Numbered from the stretch's first letter, positions 26,952 through 36,573 are shown. The stretch: DNA of 64,000 nt from Dehalococcoidia bacterium (GCA_965232885.1 CBDDQX010000001.1:451922-515921); one strand, 5' to 3'. The notes: a model not told the origin generated them from the letters alone. Translations and numbers: made by a program.

Positions 26952-28081
26952 GCGGTCGATCTTGGCTGTGGCAATACATCCTCGAAGATGTAGCGGCCCA
27001 CGTCCAGGTTCTCGCGGAAGCGGGCCGGGCCTGTGTCGTTATCAAGTCCGGGGCCGCAGCCGATGATCGGCACGGCGGTCTCGTGGGCCGAGCCGTGAGA
27101 GCGCAGGCCCGGCGGCATCGTAACCTCGGCTGGGTCGCCGAAGACAGTGGCGGCGTCGGCCAGCGCCAGAATGTCGCCCATGCGTTCCGGCATGAGACGA
27201 AAACGCTGCGCCGCCTCCTCGACGGGCAAGGCTCCGTCCACACCGTCCAGGCTACGGAGAGTGTCCAGTGCAGCATTGAGGTCGGCGGAGTTGTCCAGAT
27301 GCACGTAGATGCTGCCGCCCAGGTTGGAGTGGTGGACGACGTAACGGTCCTTGATGACCGGCACGGCGCGGGCCTTGATGCCGTAGCGGGCCAACTCGCC
27401 GGGTAGGTGCAGCATCCGGGACTTGTCGGACATGCCGTGGTCGGCGGTGACCAGCATTCGGGATTCGGGGGAGTGTTCGAGTATCGCGCCCAAGCCCTCA
27501 TCCAGCAGCGTCACGTGGCGGGCCGATTCGGGATGCTGCGGGCCGTAGGTGTGCATGGCGTAGTCGGTGGTCGTCAGGTACACCAGGTCGAAAGGCTCCC
27601 GCGACATAGCGTAGCGCCCGGCGTCCAGCACCCAGCGGTTGACTTCCAGCGAATAGATGGGCGGCGGCTCGCCTACGCCGTCAACCACCCAGCCCGGCGG
27701 GTCTTCGGAAGATATGCTGACCGTGACTCCTTCACTGAGCAGGCGGCGCAGCTTGTCCTTGGCGGTAACCAACAGCGAGCGCAGACCGGCGGCGGCGGCC
27801 CGCTGGAACATGGTCTCGGCGCGGAGAAACTCGCCGGACTCCATGTAGAACTCTTCCCCGCGCTGCCGGTCGAGCAAATAGTTGGAGGTGATGCCGTGGC
27901 TTTCCGGGTAGCTTCCGGTGACCAGCGACACGTTGTTGACGTTGGTGACGCTGGGCGTCATGCCGCGCCCGTCCACGCGGAAGCCACGGCGCGCCATTTC
28001 CGACAGGTTGGGCGCAAGGCAGGCATCCAAGTATTCCGGGTCGAATCCGTCTATCAGGACCACTATGACTGGATCGGTCAT
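26948..28081 (-). CDS. Alkaline-phosphatase-superfamily enzyme (nucleotide pyrophosphatase/phosphodiesterase-like)
   Basis: The protein includes VIVVLIDGFDPEYL...MTPSVTNVNNVSLVTGSYPESHGI...DHGMSD. Confidence 0.7.
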   Translation of the reverse strand: MTDPVIVVLIDGFDPEYLDACLAPNLSEMARRGFRVDGRGMTPSVTNVNNVSLVTGSYPESHGITSNYLLDRQRGEEFYMESGEFLRAETMFQRAAAAGLRSLLVTAKDKLRRLLSEGVTVSISSEDPPGWVVDGVGEPPPIYSLEVNRWVLDAGRYAMSREPFDLVYLTTTDYAMHTYGPQHPESARHVTLLDEGLGAILEHSPESRMLVTADHGMSDKSRMLHLPGELARYGIKARAVPVIKDRYVVHHSNLGGSIYVHLDNSADLNAALDTLRSLDGVDGALPVEEAAQRFRLMPERMGDILALADAATVFGDPAEVTMPPGLRSHGSAHETAVPIIGCGPGLDNDTGPARFRENLDVGRYIFEDVLPQPRSTA

Positions 28082-28223
28082 ATCTTTACTCCCGAATTTA
28101 GACTAACCCATACCGGCAACGGCGGCAACCGCCGCACGGCGATGTTCCCAGCAGATACTCCTCCGCGAAGGCGGCGGTGATTCGATTAAAACACGATTGC
28201 CCTGTGCGAGAGCGCATATTGTC

Positions 28224-28254
28224 TTGACAACCCTGCGCTGCCAAACTCTATAAT
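28224..28254 (+). promoter_or_regulatory. Sigma70-like promoter upstream of yceD-rpmF
   Basis: Both hexamers are perfect: TTGACA (28224-28229) and TATAAT (28249-28254). The spacer is 19 nt, which is longer than optimal. Confidence 0.45.
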
Positions 28255-28298
28255 CTCGGTTGCCCTGTTCGGATGAGCGGGCAGCGGGCCTGATTAAA

Positions 28299-28856
28299 AT
28301 GCTCTATAATGTATCGCAGCTTCTGATGGAACCCATCGGCTCCACCAGACGGTTTCAATTGGATGAGCCGATGGCCGTGCCCTTGGGCTGGCCGAATGGC
28401 GGCGCGCCCGAGGGGAGGGCAACCGGCATGGTGCGGTTGCTTCGAACCCATCACGGATTGCTGGTCAATGCCACCGTGGACGTGCAGGTAAGCGATACCT
28501 GCGCCCGTTGCCTGGTTCCCTGCGACCGGCTCTCCACGCTGGATATGGAAGAGGAATGCTACCCGACCGTTGACCCGGCCACCGGCAGGAATATGTCCCC
28601 GCCCGATGAGGCGGACGGTGTGGTGCATATTGACACACGGCAAATGCTGGACCTGAGCGATGTGCTGCGCCAGTACCTTTTGACCGACGAGCCGCTCAAA
28701 ACCCTGTGCCGCAACGATTGCCTGGGCCTCTGCCCAGAGTGCGGCGCAGACCTGAATACGGAAAAGTGTAGATGCGGCGGGCCCGCCATTGACCCCCGCT
28801 GGGGAGCCTTGGCGGAATTGATGCCCAAGGGCGCTGACGAGTCATCGCCCCAATAG
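28299..28856 (+). CDS. yceD: YceD/DUF177 family protein
   Basis: The protein begins MLYNVSQLLMEPIGSTRRFQLDE and has a C-terminal Cys cluster CRNDCLGLCPECGADLNTEKCRC. It sits in the conserved position upstream of rpmF. Confidence 0.8.
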   Translation: MLYNVSQLLMEPIGSTRRFQLDEPMAVPLGWPNGGAPEGRATGMVRLLRTHHGLLVNATVDVQVSDTCARCLVPCDRLSTLDMEEECYPTVDPATGRNMSPPDEADGVVHIDTRQMLDLSDVLRQYLLTDEPLKTLCRNDCLGLCPECGADLNTEKCRCGGPAIDPRWGALAELMPKGADESSPQ

Positions 28857-28979
28857 GAAAGACCACCTGCAAAGCTAAACTCAGACAAGAATACGATGCC
28901 CACGCCTGTATGCGGAGCAGCTTGACCGCATCTGTCCCCGGCAAGGGATGAGGCAGGGTACGGGGAGGACTTCCATAAC

Positions 28980-29162
28980 ATGGGCGCAGTACCCAAGAAG
29001 AAACTGACCAGAGCGAGGAGGGGACGGCGGCTCACCTCATACAAGCTCAAGCCGGTACACGCGGCGGTATGCTCGCGTTGCCGCAGCGCAAAACTGCCCC
29101 ACGCCGCCTGTACGCAGTGCGGCTATTACCGGGGCCGACAGGTAATACAAGACTTGGGCTAG
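28980..29162 (+). CDS. rpmF: 50S ribosomal protein L32
   Basis: The protein reads MGAVPKKKLTRARRGRR...CSRCRSAKLPHAACTQCGYYRGRQV. Confidence 0.9.
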   Translation: MGAVPKKKLTRARRGRRLTSYKLKPVHAAVCSRCRSAKLPHAACTQCGYYRGRQVIQDLG

Positions 29163-29310
29163 ACAGCCCTTGCAGATGATACCCTTTTACTCATATTCCC
29201 GCCGCCTCTGCCTTTCCTGAAATCAGGCGGAAGGGTAACATTGCGTCAAAAATGTATCCGGCTCAATGGGTTGTGCAACGGGGCAGGCCAGGTAATGCAG
29301 CGAATTCGAC

Positions 29311-29345
29311 GGCTACCCTGGAGAGGGCTACCCTAGAGAGGGTAC
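29311..29345. repeat. 15-bp tandem repeat in the rpmF-fabD intergenic region
   Basis: GGCTACCCTGGAGAG, then GGCTACCCTAGAGAG, then a partial GGTAC. Confidence 0.8.
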
Positions 29346-29398
29346 GCAACACGTTTAACGGCTAACGGTTTTTCAACGCACATTCCGGTTTTCTATCA

Positions 29399-29427
29399 TT
29401 GCAAAAATTTGGCAAAATAATTAAAAT
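29399..29427 (+). promoter_or_regulatory. Strong sigma70-like promoter for the fabD operon
   Basis: TTGCAA (29399-29404), an exact 17-nt spacer, then TAAAAT (29422-29427), in an AT-rich stretch. Confidence 0.6.
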
Positions 29428-29507
29428 TCTCCGGAAAGGAATCCCATACCGGTTTCCTCCCTCAGGAGGTAGCTAAAATTACTACAGCACTTAACGATCG
29501 GGCATAC

Positions 29508-30419
29508 GTGTTCCCGGGGCAGGGGTCTCAGAAAGTGGGCATGGGCGGTGCTCTCTTGGAATCATCAAGGGCTGCCCGTGAGACCTTTGAGGAAGCGGAC
29601 GATAGCCTGGGATTTCCTCTGTCCCGAATGATATTTGAAGGCCCGGCCGGGGAACTGCAGAACACCGTCAATTCCCAGCCGGCCATAATGACCGTAAGCA
29701 TCGCCGCGTGGCGCGCTTGGCGCGAAACGGAAGGTTCTCAGGCTGCCGATGTTGGGGCAGTTGCCGGCCATAGCCTCGGGGAGTACACCGCCCTGGTTGC
29801 CGCTGGCGTTCTGGACTTCTTCGACGCCGTTCGCCTTGTGCGTCGGCGGGGCGAGTTGATGAACCAGGCCTCCATCAACCGGCCGGGGGCAATGGCCGCC
29901 ATTCTGGGGCTGGACGAGTTGGCCTTCGACCAGATTTGCGCCGAAACCGGCGTGGAGCTGGCCAATATCAATACCGACAACCAGATTGTCATCAGCGGCG
30001 ACCGCATAGCTATCGCCCATGCCGTTGATCTAGCCAATGCCCGGGGCGCCCGCAAGGCCGTGCCTCTGCCGGTAAGCGGGGCGTTCCATTCCTCGCTGAT
30101 GCTCGAAGCCAAGGAAGGGCTGGCCGCCGAACTGGAATCCCTGCGCCTGCGGGAGCCGCGGATTCCCATTGTCGCCAACTGCGATTGCCGCTCCCTGACC
30201 ACCAGCAGCGACGTCCGCGAGGAACTGGTGCAGGGCCTCTGCCGCTGCGTACAGTGGAAGGACTCAGTGCTTACCATGATAGACTCCGGCATCAACCACT
30301 TCGTCGAGTTCGGAGCCGGCGGCGTCCTGGCCGGTCTGATCAAGCGAATTGACCGGGGTGTGGAAGTGTCGGCAGTCGCCGACCCCGATTCCATTCGCAA
30401 ACTGTCGGAAAGCTGGTAG
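29508..30419 (+). CDS. fabD: Malonyl CoA-ACP transacylase
   Basis: The protein includes VFPGQGSQKVGMG...GHSLGEYTALVAAG...VSGAFHS. The true start may lie upstream: the in-frame ATT at 29478 follows AGGAGG at 29464-29469. Confidence 0.9.
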   Translation: MFPGQGSQKVGMGGALLESSRAARETFEEADDSLGFPLSRMIFEGPAGELQNTVNSQPAIMTVSIAAWRAWRETEGSQAADVGAVAGHSLGEYTALVAAGVLDFFDAVRLVRRRGELMNQASINRPGAMAAILGLDELAFDQICAETGVELANINTDNQIVISGDRIAIAHAVDLANARGARKAVPLPVSGAFHSSLMLEAKEGLAAELESLRLREPRIPIVANCDCRSLTTSSDVREELVQGLCRCVQWKDSVLTMIDSGINHFVEFGAGGVLAGLIKRIDRGVEVSAVADPDSIRKLSESW

Positions 30420-30420
30420 T

Positions 30421-30510
30421 CTGAATCAAGACTTTCAGGATGATAAGGATCAACCCGATGAAAGGCGTAGCCATCCTGAAAATCCCTGAATCCGGTAAAT
30501 CCTGATTCAG
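30421..30510. repeat. REP/MITE-like element, family 3
   Basis: The element reads CTGAATCAAG....ATCCGGTAAATCCTGATTCAG, with inverted termini. It shares ATCCGGTAAATCCTGATTCAG with 32129-32194. Confidence 0.65.
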
Positions 30511-30527
30511 CAAGGGGGCCGCATCAG

Positions 30528-31013
30528 GTGGTAAAGTCCCCCGCCCGTAAGAATATGGACCCTAGACGCACAGCGAGAACCGTCGCGTTGCAATCCCTGT
30601 TTGCCGCTGACGTCACGTATGCCAGCGATGGGCGCGCACGGAAGAGCAGTCCAGACTACGACTGGATGGATGAAGAACTGGAAGGCTCTATAATGGAGTT
30701 TGCCGGGCGACTGCATCAGGGAGTTTGCGAGCACTGGCCCCTCATTGACAGCCTCATCGGACGTTACGCTCCGGCTTGGCCAGTGCCGCAGTTGCCTGTT
30801 GTTGACCGCAACATCCTGCGTATCGCCATCTTTGAGCTTTTGCATAATCCGGCTACTCCCCGCAAAACGGCGGTTGACGAAGCGGTGGAAATGGCCAAGG
30901 CGTTCGGCAGCGACAGCTCTGCCAGGTTTGTCAATGGAGTCCTGGGCTCCATAATGGCTGGCCTGGAGTCTGGAGAACTGGCCGTGGCCGAACCTGCGTC
31001 TAAAGGGAGTTGA
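30528..31013 (+). CDS. nusB: Transcription antitermination factor NusB
   Basis: The protein includes RTARTVALQSLFAADV...VVDRNILRIAIFELLHNPATPRKTAVDEAVEMAKAFGSDSSARFVNGVLG. The start is either GTG at 30528 or ATG at 30555. Confidence 0.85.
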   Translation: MVKSPARKNMDPRRTARTVALQSLFAADVTYASDGRARKSSPDYDWMDEELEGSIMEFAGRLHQGVCEHWPLIDSLIGRYAPAWPVPQLPVVDRNILRIAIFELLHNPATPRKTAVDEAVEMAKAFGSDSSARFVNGVLGSIMAGLESGELAVAEPASKGS

Positions 31014-31016
31014 ACG

Positions 31017-31277
31017 TTGCCCACGATATACGAGCGGGTCAAAGACATTGTTGTAGACAAGCTGGGAGTTGGCGAAGACGACGTCGAAGAAAGTTCCTCC
31101 TTCGTCGAAGACCTGAATGCGGACTCCCTCGATCTGGTGGAACTGATCATGGCCTTTGAGGAAGAGTTTTCCAGCGAGGAACATCCCTTGGAAATTCCGG
31201 ATGAAGACGCCGGCAACATCGCCACAGTGGGCGATGCGGTGACCTACCTGAAGGGCCGCGGAATCGAAGACACCTGA
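31017..31277 (+). CDS. acpP: Acyl carrier protein
   Basis: The protein includes [20 protein letters not shown]...[23 protein letters not shown] (DSLD phosphopantetheine site). The start is TTG. Confidence 0.9.
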   Translation: MPTIYERVKDIVVDKLGVGEDDVEESSSFVEDLNADSLDLVELIMAFEEEFSSEEHPLEIPDEDAGNIATVGDAVTYLKGRGIEDT

Positions 31278-31366
31278 GGCGCCGACGGGTTCGCAGGCGC
31301 ATCAAGGAAGCGTGAATGCGCGCTTCCCACCCTGCAAAGGGGCACGGAGACACGAGGAGCTAGGCC

Positions 31367-32110
31367 ATGGACAGCCTGGACGAGGTCGCGCAGGCAGTTC
31401 GCGATTGCGCCGATTGCCCGTTGCACCGGGGCCGCACCAACGCCGTACCAGGCGAGGGCAGTCCATGGGCAGAGTTGATGTTCATCGGCGAGGGGCCCGG
31501 CTTCCACGAAGACCGGCAGGGACGCCCCTTTGTCGGCCCCGCCGGACAACTCCTGGAAGGGCTGCTCGCTTCCATCGGCACCAACCGCAACGATGTGTTC
31601 ATCGCCAACATGGTGAAGTGCCGCCCGCCGGACAATCGAGACCCGGAGCCCTCGGAAATCGCGGCTTGCAAGAAGTATCTGGACCGCCAGATAGAGCTGA
31701 TTGACCCGAAGCTGATTGTTACTCTTGGGCGCTTCTCTTTGGGACGTTTTTTCCCAGGCGAGAGCGTAACCCGCGCACGCGGGAAACCGCGCCACAAGGA
31801 CGGGCAGCTCATATTCCCGGTGCTGCATCCGGCAGCGGCGCTGCGCCGCCCGGAACTCAGAAAGACCTTGGTGGAAGATTTTCGCTCCATCGCCGACATA
31901 CTGGAGGCTGACACTCTGCCCGAAACGACCACGCCGGAACCGGAGGCCGAGGCGACCAATGGGCCGCCTGTGGAACAGTTGGACATTTTCGGCGCTCCTG
32001 CCGACCCGCCTCCGGTGTCCTCCGCCAATGCCACCGGGGAATCGGCAGGGGAACCAGAACCGGAACCCCCCGGTAGAGATAATGGCCCGCAACAGCTTTC
32101 GCTGCTATAG
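31367..32110 (+). CDS. udg: Family 4 uracil-DNA glycosylase with low-complexity C-terminal tail
   Basis: The protein includes CADCPLHRGRTNAVPGEG...LMFIGEGPGFHEDRQGRPFVGPAGQLL...FIANMVKCRPP.NRDP. The tail is P/E/A-rich. Confidence 0.85.
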   Translation: MDSLDEVAQAVRDCADCPLHRGRTNAVPGEGSPWAELMFIGEGPGFHEDRQGRPFVGPAGQLLEGLLASIGTNRNDVFIANMVKCRPPDNRDPEPSEIAACKKYLDRQIELIDPKLIVTLGRFSLGRFFPGESVTRARGKPRHKDGQLIFPVLHPAAALRRPELRKTLVEDFRSIADILEADTLPETTTPEPEAEATNGPPVEQLDIFGAPADPPPVSSANATGESAGEPEPEPPGRDNGPQQLSLL

Positions 32111-32128
32111 GGCACTACCCCCTATTGT

Positions 32129-32194
32129 CTGAAACAGGATTCGCAGGATGAGGAAAATCCTGAGAATCATTCCATCCGGTAAATCCTGATTCAG
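32129..32194. repeat. REP/MITE-like element, family 3
   Basis: CTGAAACAGGATTCGCAGGATGAGGAAAATCCTGAGAATCATTCCATCCGGTAAATCCTGATTCAG. Confidence 0.65.
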
Positions 32195-32217
32195 ACAAAA
32201 GACGAATCAAGAAAGGA

Positions 32218-33888
32218 TTGAACTTCAAATTGGCTGAAAAACTTCGCGTCATTCCCCTGGGAGGGCTGGGGGAAATCGGCAAGAACATGATGGCCCTCGA
32301 ATACGACGACGACATCATCATCGTTGACTGCGGCGTCCAGTTCCCGGAGGAAGGGATGCCGGGCGTTGACCTGATCATCCCCGACGTTTCCTACCTGATA
32401 GAGCGCGCCGACCGGATTCGCGGCATACTGATTACCCACGGGCATGAAGACCACATCGGAGCGCTTCCCTTCATCCTGCCTCAAATTCCAACCGACGTGT
32501 TCGCGCCACGCCTGGCTCACGGGCTGATTTCCGCCAAGCTCAAGGAACGCCGGGCCAGCCGGGGGTTCGCCTCCACCCCCATAGACCCCGGCGTGCCATA
32601 CCAGTTCGGGCAGCACTTCGCCGCCCGGTGGTTCCGGGTATGCCACAGCATCCCCGACGCCATGGGCATCGCCATCAGCACCCCGCTGGGAACGGTTATA
32701 CACACCGGCGATTTCAAGATAGACCATACCCCGGTGGACGGACGCACCATTGATCTCACGGCCCTCGCCAAGTACGGCGATGAAGGGGTGCTGCTCCTGC
32801 TTTCCGACTCCACCTATGCCGAAGTGCCCGGCTACACGCCTTCGGAGCAGGTGGTGGGCGAGGCCCTGGACCGCGCCATTCGCGAAGCTCCCGGCCGGGT
32901 GATGGTGGCTACCTTTGCCTCGCTGGTCTCGCGGGTGCAGCAGGTTGTGGACGCCGCCGAGCGCTATGGCCGCAAGGTCAGCATCGTGGGCCGGAGCATG
33001 GTGGACACGGTCAACGTGGCCTCCGGCCTGGGCTACCTGCGCCTGCCGCCCGGCATCCTGCTGCCAATGCACGCCACCCGCAACCTGCCGCCGGAACAGG
33101 TGGTGTTGCTGACCACCGGCAGCCAGGGAGAACCCACCTCTGCGCTGGTGCGCATCGCCAAAGAGGAACACCGCGACGTGCGGATAATGTCCGGCGACAC
33201 GGTGGTAATAAGCGCCACCCCGATTCCGGGTAACGAGCTGCCGGTGAGCCGCACCATAGACAACCTGTTGCGCCAGGGCGCCCATGTACTTTACGACCGC
33301 ATCGCCACGGTACACGTGCACGGACACGCCAGCCAGGAGGAACTGAAACTGGTGTTGAGCTTGGTCAAGCCCCGGTACTTCGTGCCGGTACACGGGGAGT
33401 ACCGGCATCTCAACGCCCATGCGCAGATTGCCTGGGACATGGGCGTGGCCGAGGAAGGCATTTTCGTTCTGGAAGACGGCGATGTGCTGGAATTGAGCGC
33501 AGCGGGCGGCGCTACCGGGGAGCGCGTAGCCGCCGGCCCCATCTACGTGGACGGCCTTTCCCGCCGCGACACGCAGAGCCCGGTGCTGTCCCAACGGCGC
33601 AGCCTCTCCAAAGACGGCGTGGTCGTCGTGGTGTTGACCATAGAGCAGGGCAGCCGCCTTCCCGCATCGCAGCCGCTGACCGTGGCCAGCGGATTCATGG
33701 AGGAAGGGGAGACGGGACATCTCTTCCAGGAACTGGGCGAACACTTGGTGACGGAGCTTTCCGCCAACGGTGGCCCGCCGCCCAACAACGATGAGCTGAA
33801 GCGCAAAGTGCGCGAAACTGCCCGCGGCTTCATAGCTAACGCCACTCGCAGATCGCCTATGATAATACCCGTGGTGACCGAGGTATGA
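32218..33888 (+). CDS. rnj: Ribonuclease J
   Basis: The protein includes LRVIPLGGLGEIGKNMMALEYDDDIIIVDCG...ILITHGHEDHIGALPF...HGHASQEEL. The start is TTG. Confidence 0.9.
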   Translation: MNFKLAEKLRVIPLGGLGEIGKNMMALEYDDDIIIVDCGVQFPEEGMPGVDLIIPDVSYLIERADRIRGILITHGHEDHIGALPFILPQIPTDVFAPRLAHGLISAKLKERRASRGFASTPIDPGVPYQFGQHFAARWFRVCHSIPDAMGIAISTPLGTVIHTGDFKIDHTPVDGRTIDLTALAKYGDEGVLLLLSDSTYAEVPGYTPSEQVVGEALDRAIREAPGRVMVATFASLVSRVQQVVDAAERYGRKVSIVGRSMVDTVNVASGLGYLRLPPGILLPMHATRNLPPEQVVLLTTGSQGEPTSALVRIAKEEHRDVRIMSGDTVVISATPIPGNELPVSRTIDNLLRQGAHVLYDRIATVHVHGHASQEELKLVLSLVKPRYFVPVHGEYRHLNAHAQIAWDMGVAEEGIFVLEDGDVLELSAAGGATGERVAAGPIYVDGLSRRDTQSPVLSQRRSLSKDGVVVVVLTIEQGSRLPASQPLTVASGFMEEGETGHLFQELGEHLVTELSANGGPPPNNDELKRKVRETARGFIANATRRSPMIIPVVTEV

Positions 33889-33994
33889 TGTAAAGCTCCC
33901 TCTCTCTGGGAGAGGGTTAGGGGGAGGGCGTTCTTGGGAGAGGGAATTTAGCAATCCGGCCTCCGCCGCAATCCCATCGGCAGGAGGCTGCACT

Positions 33995-36235
33995 TTGGCC
34001 GCTACCGCCCAGAAGGAGCAACCCGGCTCCTCATCATCCTTCCCGGCTGCGCCCCTCAACGGCCCTTGGCTTTTCGTTGACGCCCTCGTCGTGGCTGCCG
34101 TGGCCACCGTCGCCGTAGCATTCTTCTACCTCAACTCTGATGCCCGGGAATCTGCGTATCAAGCGTTGGGTTACGGCTGGGCGCCGGTGGCCTTGTGGAT
34201 CGTTTCCGCTGTAATAACGTTACGCTATGCGCCTCGTTCCTTCTTCCGGTACTGGCGGCGGTGGGCTGCCGCCGCCGCAGTGGTCGCGCTTTCCATCGGC
34301 GTCCTGTCCTATTTCACTCCCTCGGATGGCCCTCTGGAAGAGGCCACCATGGGAGGATATTGGGGCGTGGCCGTGGGAGGCCCGACTCTGTTGCCCTTTG
34401 GCCTGGTCAAGATGCTGGCCATCGTCGCCGTGGCGCCGCTGGCGCTGTATCCCAAGGCTATGGGCCCGCGGTACTCCCGTGCCATCGCCTACGTATGGCG
34501 GCGCCTGCTGCTGGCCGCGGTATACGCCTACTTCGGTATACGCCGCGTTGCCTCCGGCCTCGACAACTTCATGGACAAAACCAAAGAAGCGCGCTCCCGC
34601 CGCCAAGAGGAACGCGCCAGAAAACGGGCCGAAACCGAGGGTGTTCGCAATGAAATCGAATCGGTTACCATCGCAGCCCAGCCCATTGAGATCGAACCGG
34701 TCGAACCCAACGCCATCGCCAACATCTGGGACAACGTAACGGCCCACGATCCCGAGGTCGAATACGACAACGGCTATGTCCCACCCTGGGAGACCGCCGC
34801 TTCCACCTATGCTCCCGATATACCGGCACAACCAACCGGCCCCGCCTGGCGCTTGCCGTCGCTGGAAGCGCTGGCGCCCCCTGAATCCGTGGAGGCATCG
34901 CAGGAAACCCTGAAGGAAATGGGGAGGAAGGTGGAGGAGGCGCTGGCCGACCACGGCGTGCGGGTAGAGGTTACGGACATCAAGGCCGGGCCCCGGGTGG
35001 TGCAGTTCGGGCTGTCGCCGGGCTGGGTGCCAAAGCGCGGAGGCGAAGGAAAAGAAGGCGGCGAGCGCAGCCGGGTCAAGGTGCAGAGCATCGTCAGCCG
35101 CGAGAAAGACCTGGCCCTGACCCTGATGACCCCATACCTTCGTGTCGAGGCCCCGGTGCCCGGCGCGGCTCTGGTGGGGCTGGAGGTGCCGGTTCCCACG
35201 CCCACCAAGGTGCATCTGCGGGCCGTGATAGAGACCGCCGACTTCCGCAAGATTGCGGGCAAGGGTGGCCTGCCCATCGCCATGGGCCAGGACACAGGCG
35301 GCGCGCCCGTGGCCCTAGACCTGGCCTCCCTGCCCCATATGCTCATAGCCGGCGCCACCGGCAGCGGCAAGAGCGTGCAGATTAACTCCATCATCGCCTC
35401 TTTCCTGCTGACCAAGACTCCGGAACAACTCCGCCTGCTGATGGTGGACCCCAAGCGGGTGGAACTGACGCCCTTCAACGGCATACCCCACCTGATCCAG
35501 CCAGTGATTGTGGAGGCAGAGGAAGTGACCGATGCTCTGAAGGGTCTCAACCGCGAGATGATCCGCCGCTACAAGCAGATGGAAGAGTTGGGCGTCCGCA
35601 ACATCGAGGTGTACAACGAGCGCTCCGAAGAGAAGATGCCCTTCCTCGTGCTGATAGTGGACGAGCTGGCCGACCTGATGATGGTAGCCGGTTTCGAGGT
35701 GGAACAGAGCCTGGTGCGACTGGCCCAGCTTGGCCGCGCCGCCGGTATCCACTTGCTGTTGGCGACGCAGCGTCCGTCGGTCAACGTGGTCACCGGGCTG
35801 CTCAAGGCCAACGTCCCGGCCCGCTGCGCCTTCGCTGTATCCGGCCAAGTGGACTCCCGCGTTATCCTGGACTCCGCCGGGGCCGAGAAGCTGATGGGCA
35901 AGGGCGACGCGCTCATCCTGCACAAGGAATCGCCCAAGGCCCAGAGAATGCAGGGCGCACTGGTCTACGACGAGGAAGTGGAAGCCCTGGTCAAGTTCTG
36001 GCAGGAGCAGGCGGGACCTCCGGTCGCTCCCATCAACCTGCTGACCAACGAGGATGACGAGGAAGCCGAGTCCTTGGGTCTGGACGCCGACCAACTGGAC
36101 CTGGCTCGCGACCTGGCAGCCCGCAACCCCAATCTCAGCGCCTCAGTCCTGCAGCGGCGCCTGAAGGTCGGCGGCAACCGGGCCGAGGAAATCCTGGAAG
36201 AGCTGGAAGAAGAAGGCTACCTGACGCCGCGCTAA
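33995..36235 (+). CDS. ftsK: DNA translocase FtsK/SpoIIIE
   Basis: The N-terminal part has TM segments. Motifs include LPHMLIAGATGSGKSVQINSII, LVLIVDELADLMM and LLLATQRPSVNVVTG. The C-terminal gamma-like winged helix reads SASVLQRRLKVGGNRAEEILEELEEEGYL. The start (TTG) is uncertain. Confidence 0.9.
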   Translation: MAATAQKEQPGSSSSFPAAPLNGPWLFVDALVVAAVATVAVAFFYLNSDARESAYQALGYGWAPVALWIVSAVITLRYAPRSFFRYWRRWAAAAAVVALSIGVLSYFTPSDGPLEEATMGGYWGVAVGGPTLLPFGLVKMLAIVAVAPLALYPKAMGPRYSRAIAYVWRRLLLAAVYAYFGIRRVASGLDNFMDKTKEARSRRQEERARKRAETEGVRNEIESVTIAAQPIEIEPVEPNAIANIWDNVTAHDPEVEYDNGYVPPWETAASTYAPDIPAQPTGPAWRLPSLEALAPPESVEASQETLKEMGRKVEEALADHGVRVEVTDIKAGPRVVQFGLSPGWVPKRGGEGKEGGERSRVKVQSIVSREKDLALTLMTPYLRVEAPVPGAALVGLEVPVPTPTKVHLRAVIETADFRKIAGKGGLPIAMGQDTGGAPVALDLASLPHMLIAGATGSGKSVQINSIIASFLLTKTPEQLRLLMVDPKRVELTPFNGIPHLIQPVIVEAEEVTDALKGLNREMIRRYKQMEELGVRNIEVYNERSEEKMPFLVLIVDELADLMMVAGFEVEQSLVRLAQLGRAAGIHLLLATQRPSVNVVTGLLKANVPARCAFAVSGQVDSRVILDSAGAEKLMGKGDALILHKESPKAQRMQGALVYDEEVEALVKFWQEQAGPPVAPINLLTNEDDEEAESLGLDADQLDLARDLAARNPNLSASVLQRRLKVGGNRAEEILEELEEEGYLTPR

Positions 36236-36300
36236 CCTCTGTGACTCTCTTCAGGTGGTGTCGCCAAATTGGATTCCCACACGTGCGGCAGTTTTATTTC

Positions 36301-36392
36301 CGTCATTCCGGCGAAAGCCGGGATCCAGAATCGCTCAATGCCGCAGGATGATTTGAATAGGGACCCTGGATTCCGGCTTTCGCCGGAATGAC
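36301..36392. repeat. REP/MITE-like inverted repeat, family 2
   Basis: CGTCATTCCGGCGAAAGCCGGGATCCAG (36301-36328) pairs with CTGGATTCCGGCTTTCGCCGGAATGACG (36365-36392). It is the source of the spurious IPAFAGMT ORF. Confidence 0.75.
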
Positions 36393-36421
36393 GGGGCAAA
36401 TTGGCGATACTCCTTAGGGCC

Positions 36422-36489
36422 GTAGGGGCACCTGCCCCTACACATTCCCGGAATGACTTGGCGACCCTGACCACCTAAACCGGAACGCC
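36422..36489. repeat. REP/MITE-like element, family 1 (copy 2)
   Basis: GTAGGGGCACCTGCCCCTACACATTCCCGGAATGACTTGGCGACCCTGACCACCTAAACCGGAACGC. Confidence 0.7.
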
Positions 36490-36573
36490 CTCGCAGTCCG
36501 AACAGGTCTTGCTAAATATCTGCCCTGCCATGCTATTATTGGGCAACTCTTCTTCTAATCTCCGGCTGCTGCA

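Noticed and set aside
32191-34107. 638-aa minus-strand ORF
   Set aside because: It is antisense to RNase J, whose metallo-beta-lactamase motifs are unambiguous.
36232-36474. 80-aa ORF (..RFWIPAFAGMTEIKL..) and the similar 47350..47553 ORF
   Set aside because: Both are entirely made of REP/MITE-like palindromes and 18-nt tandem repeats, so they are translation artefacts of repeats.
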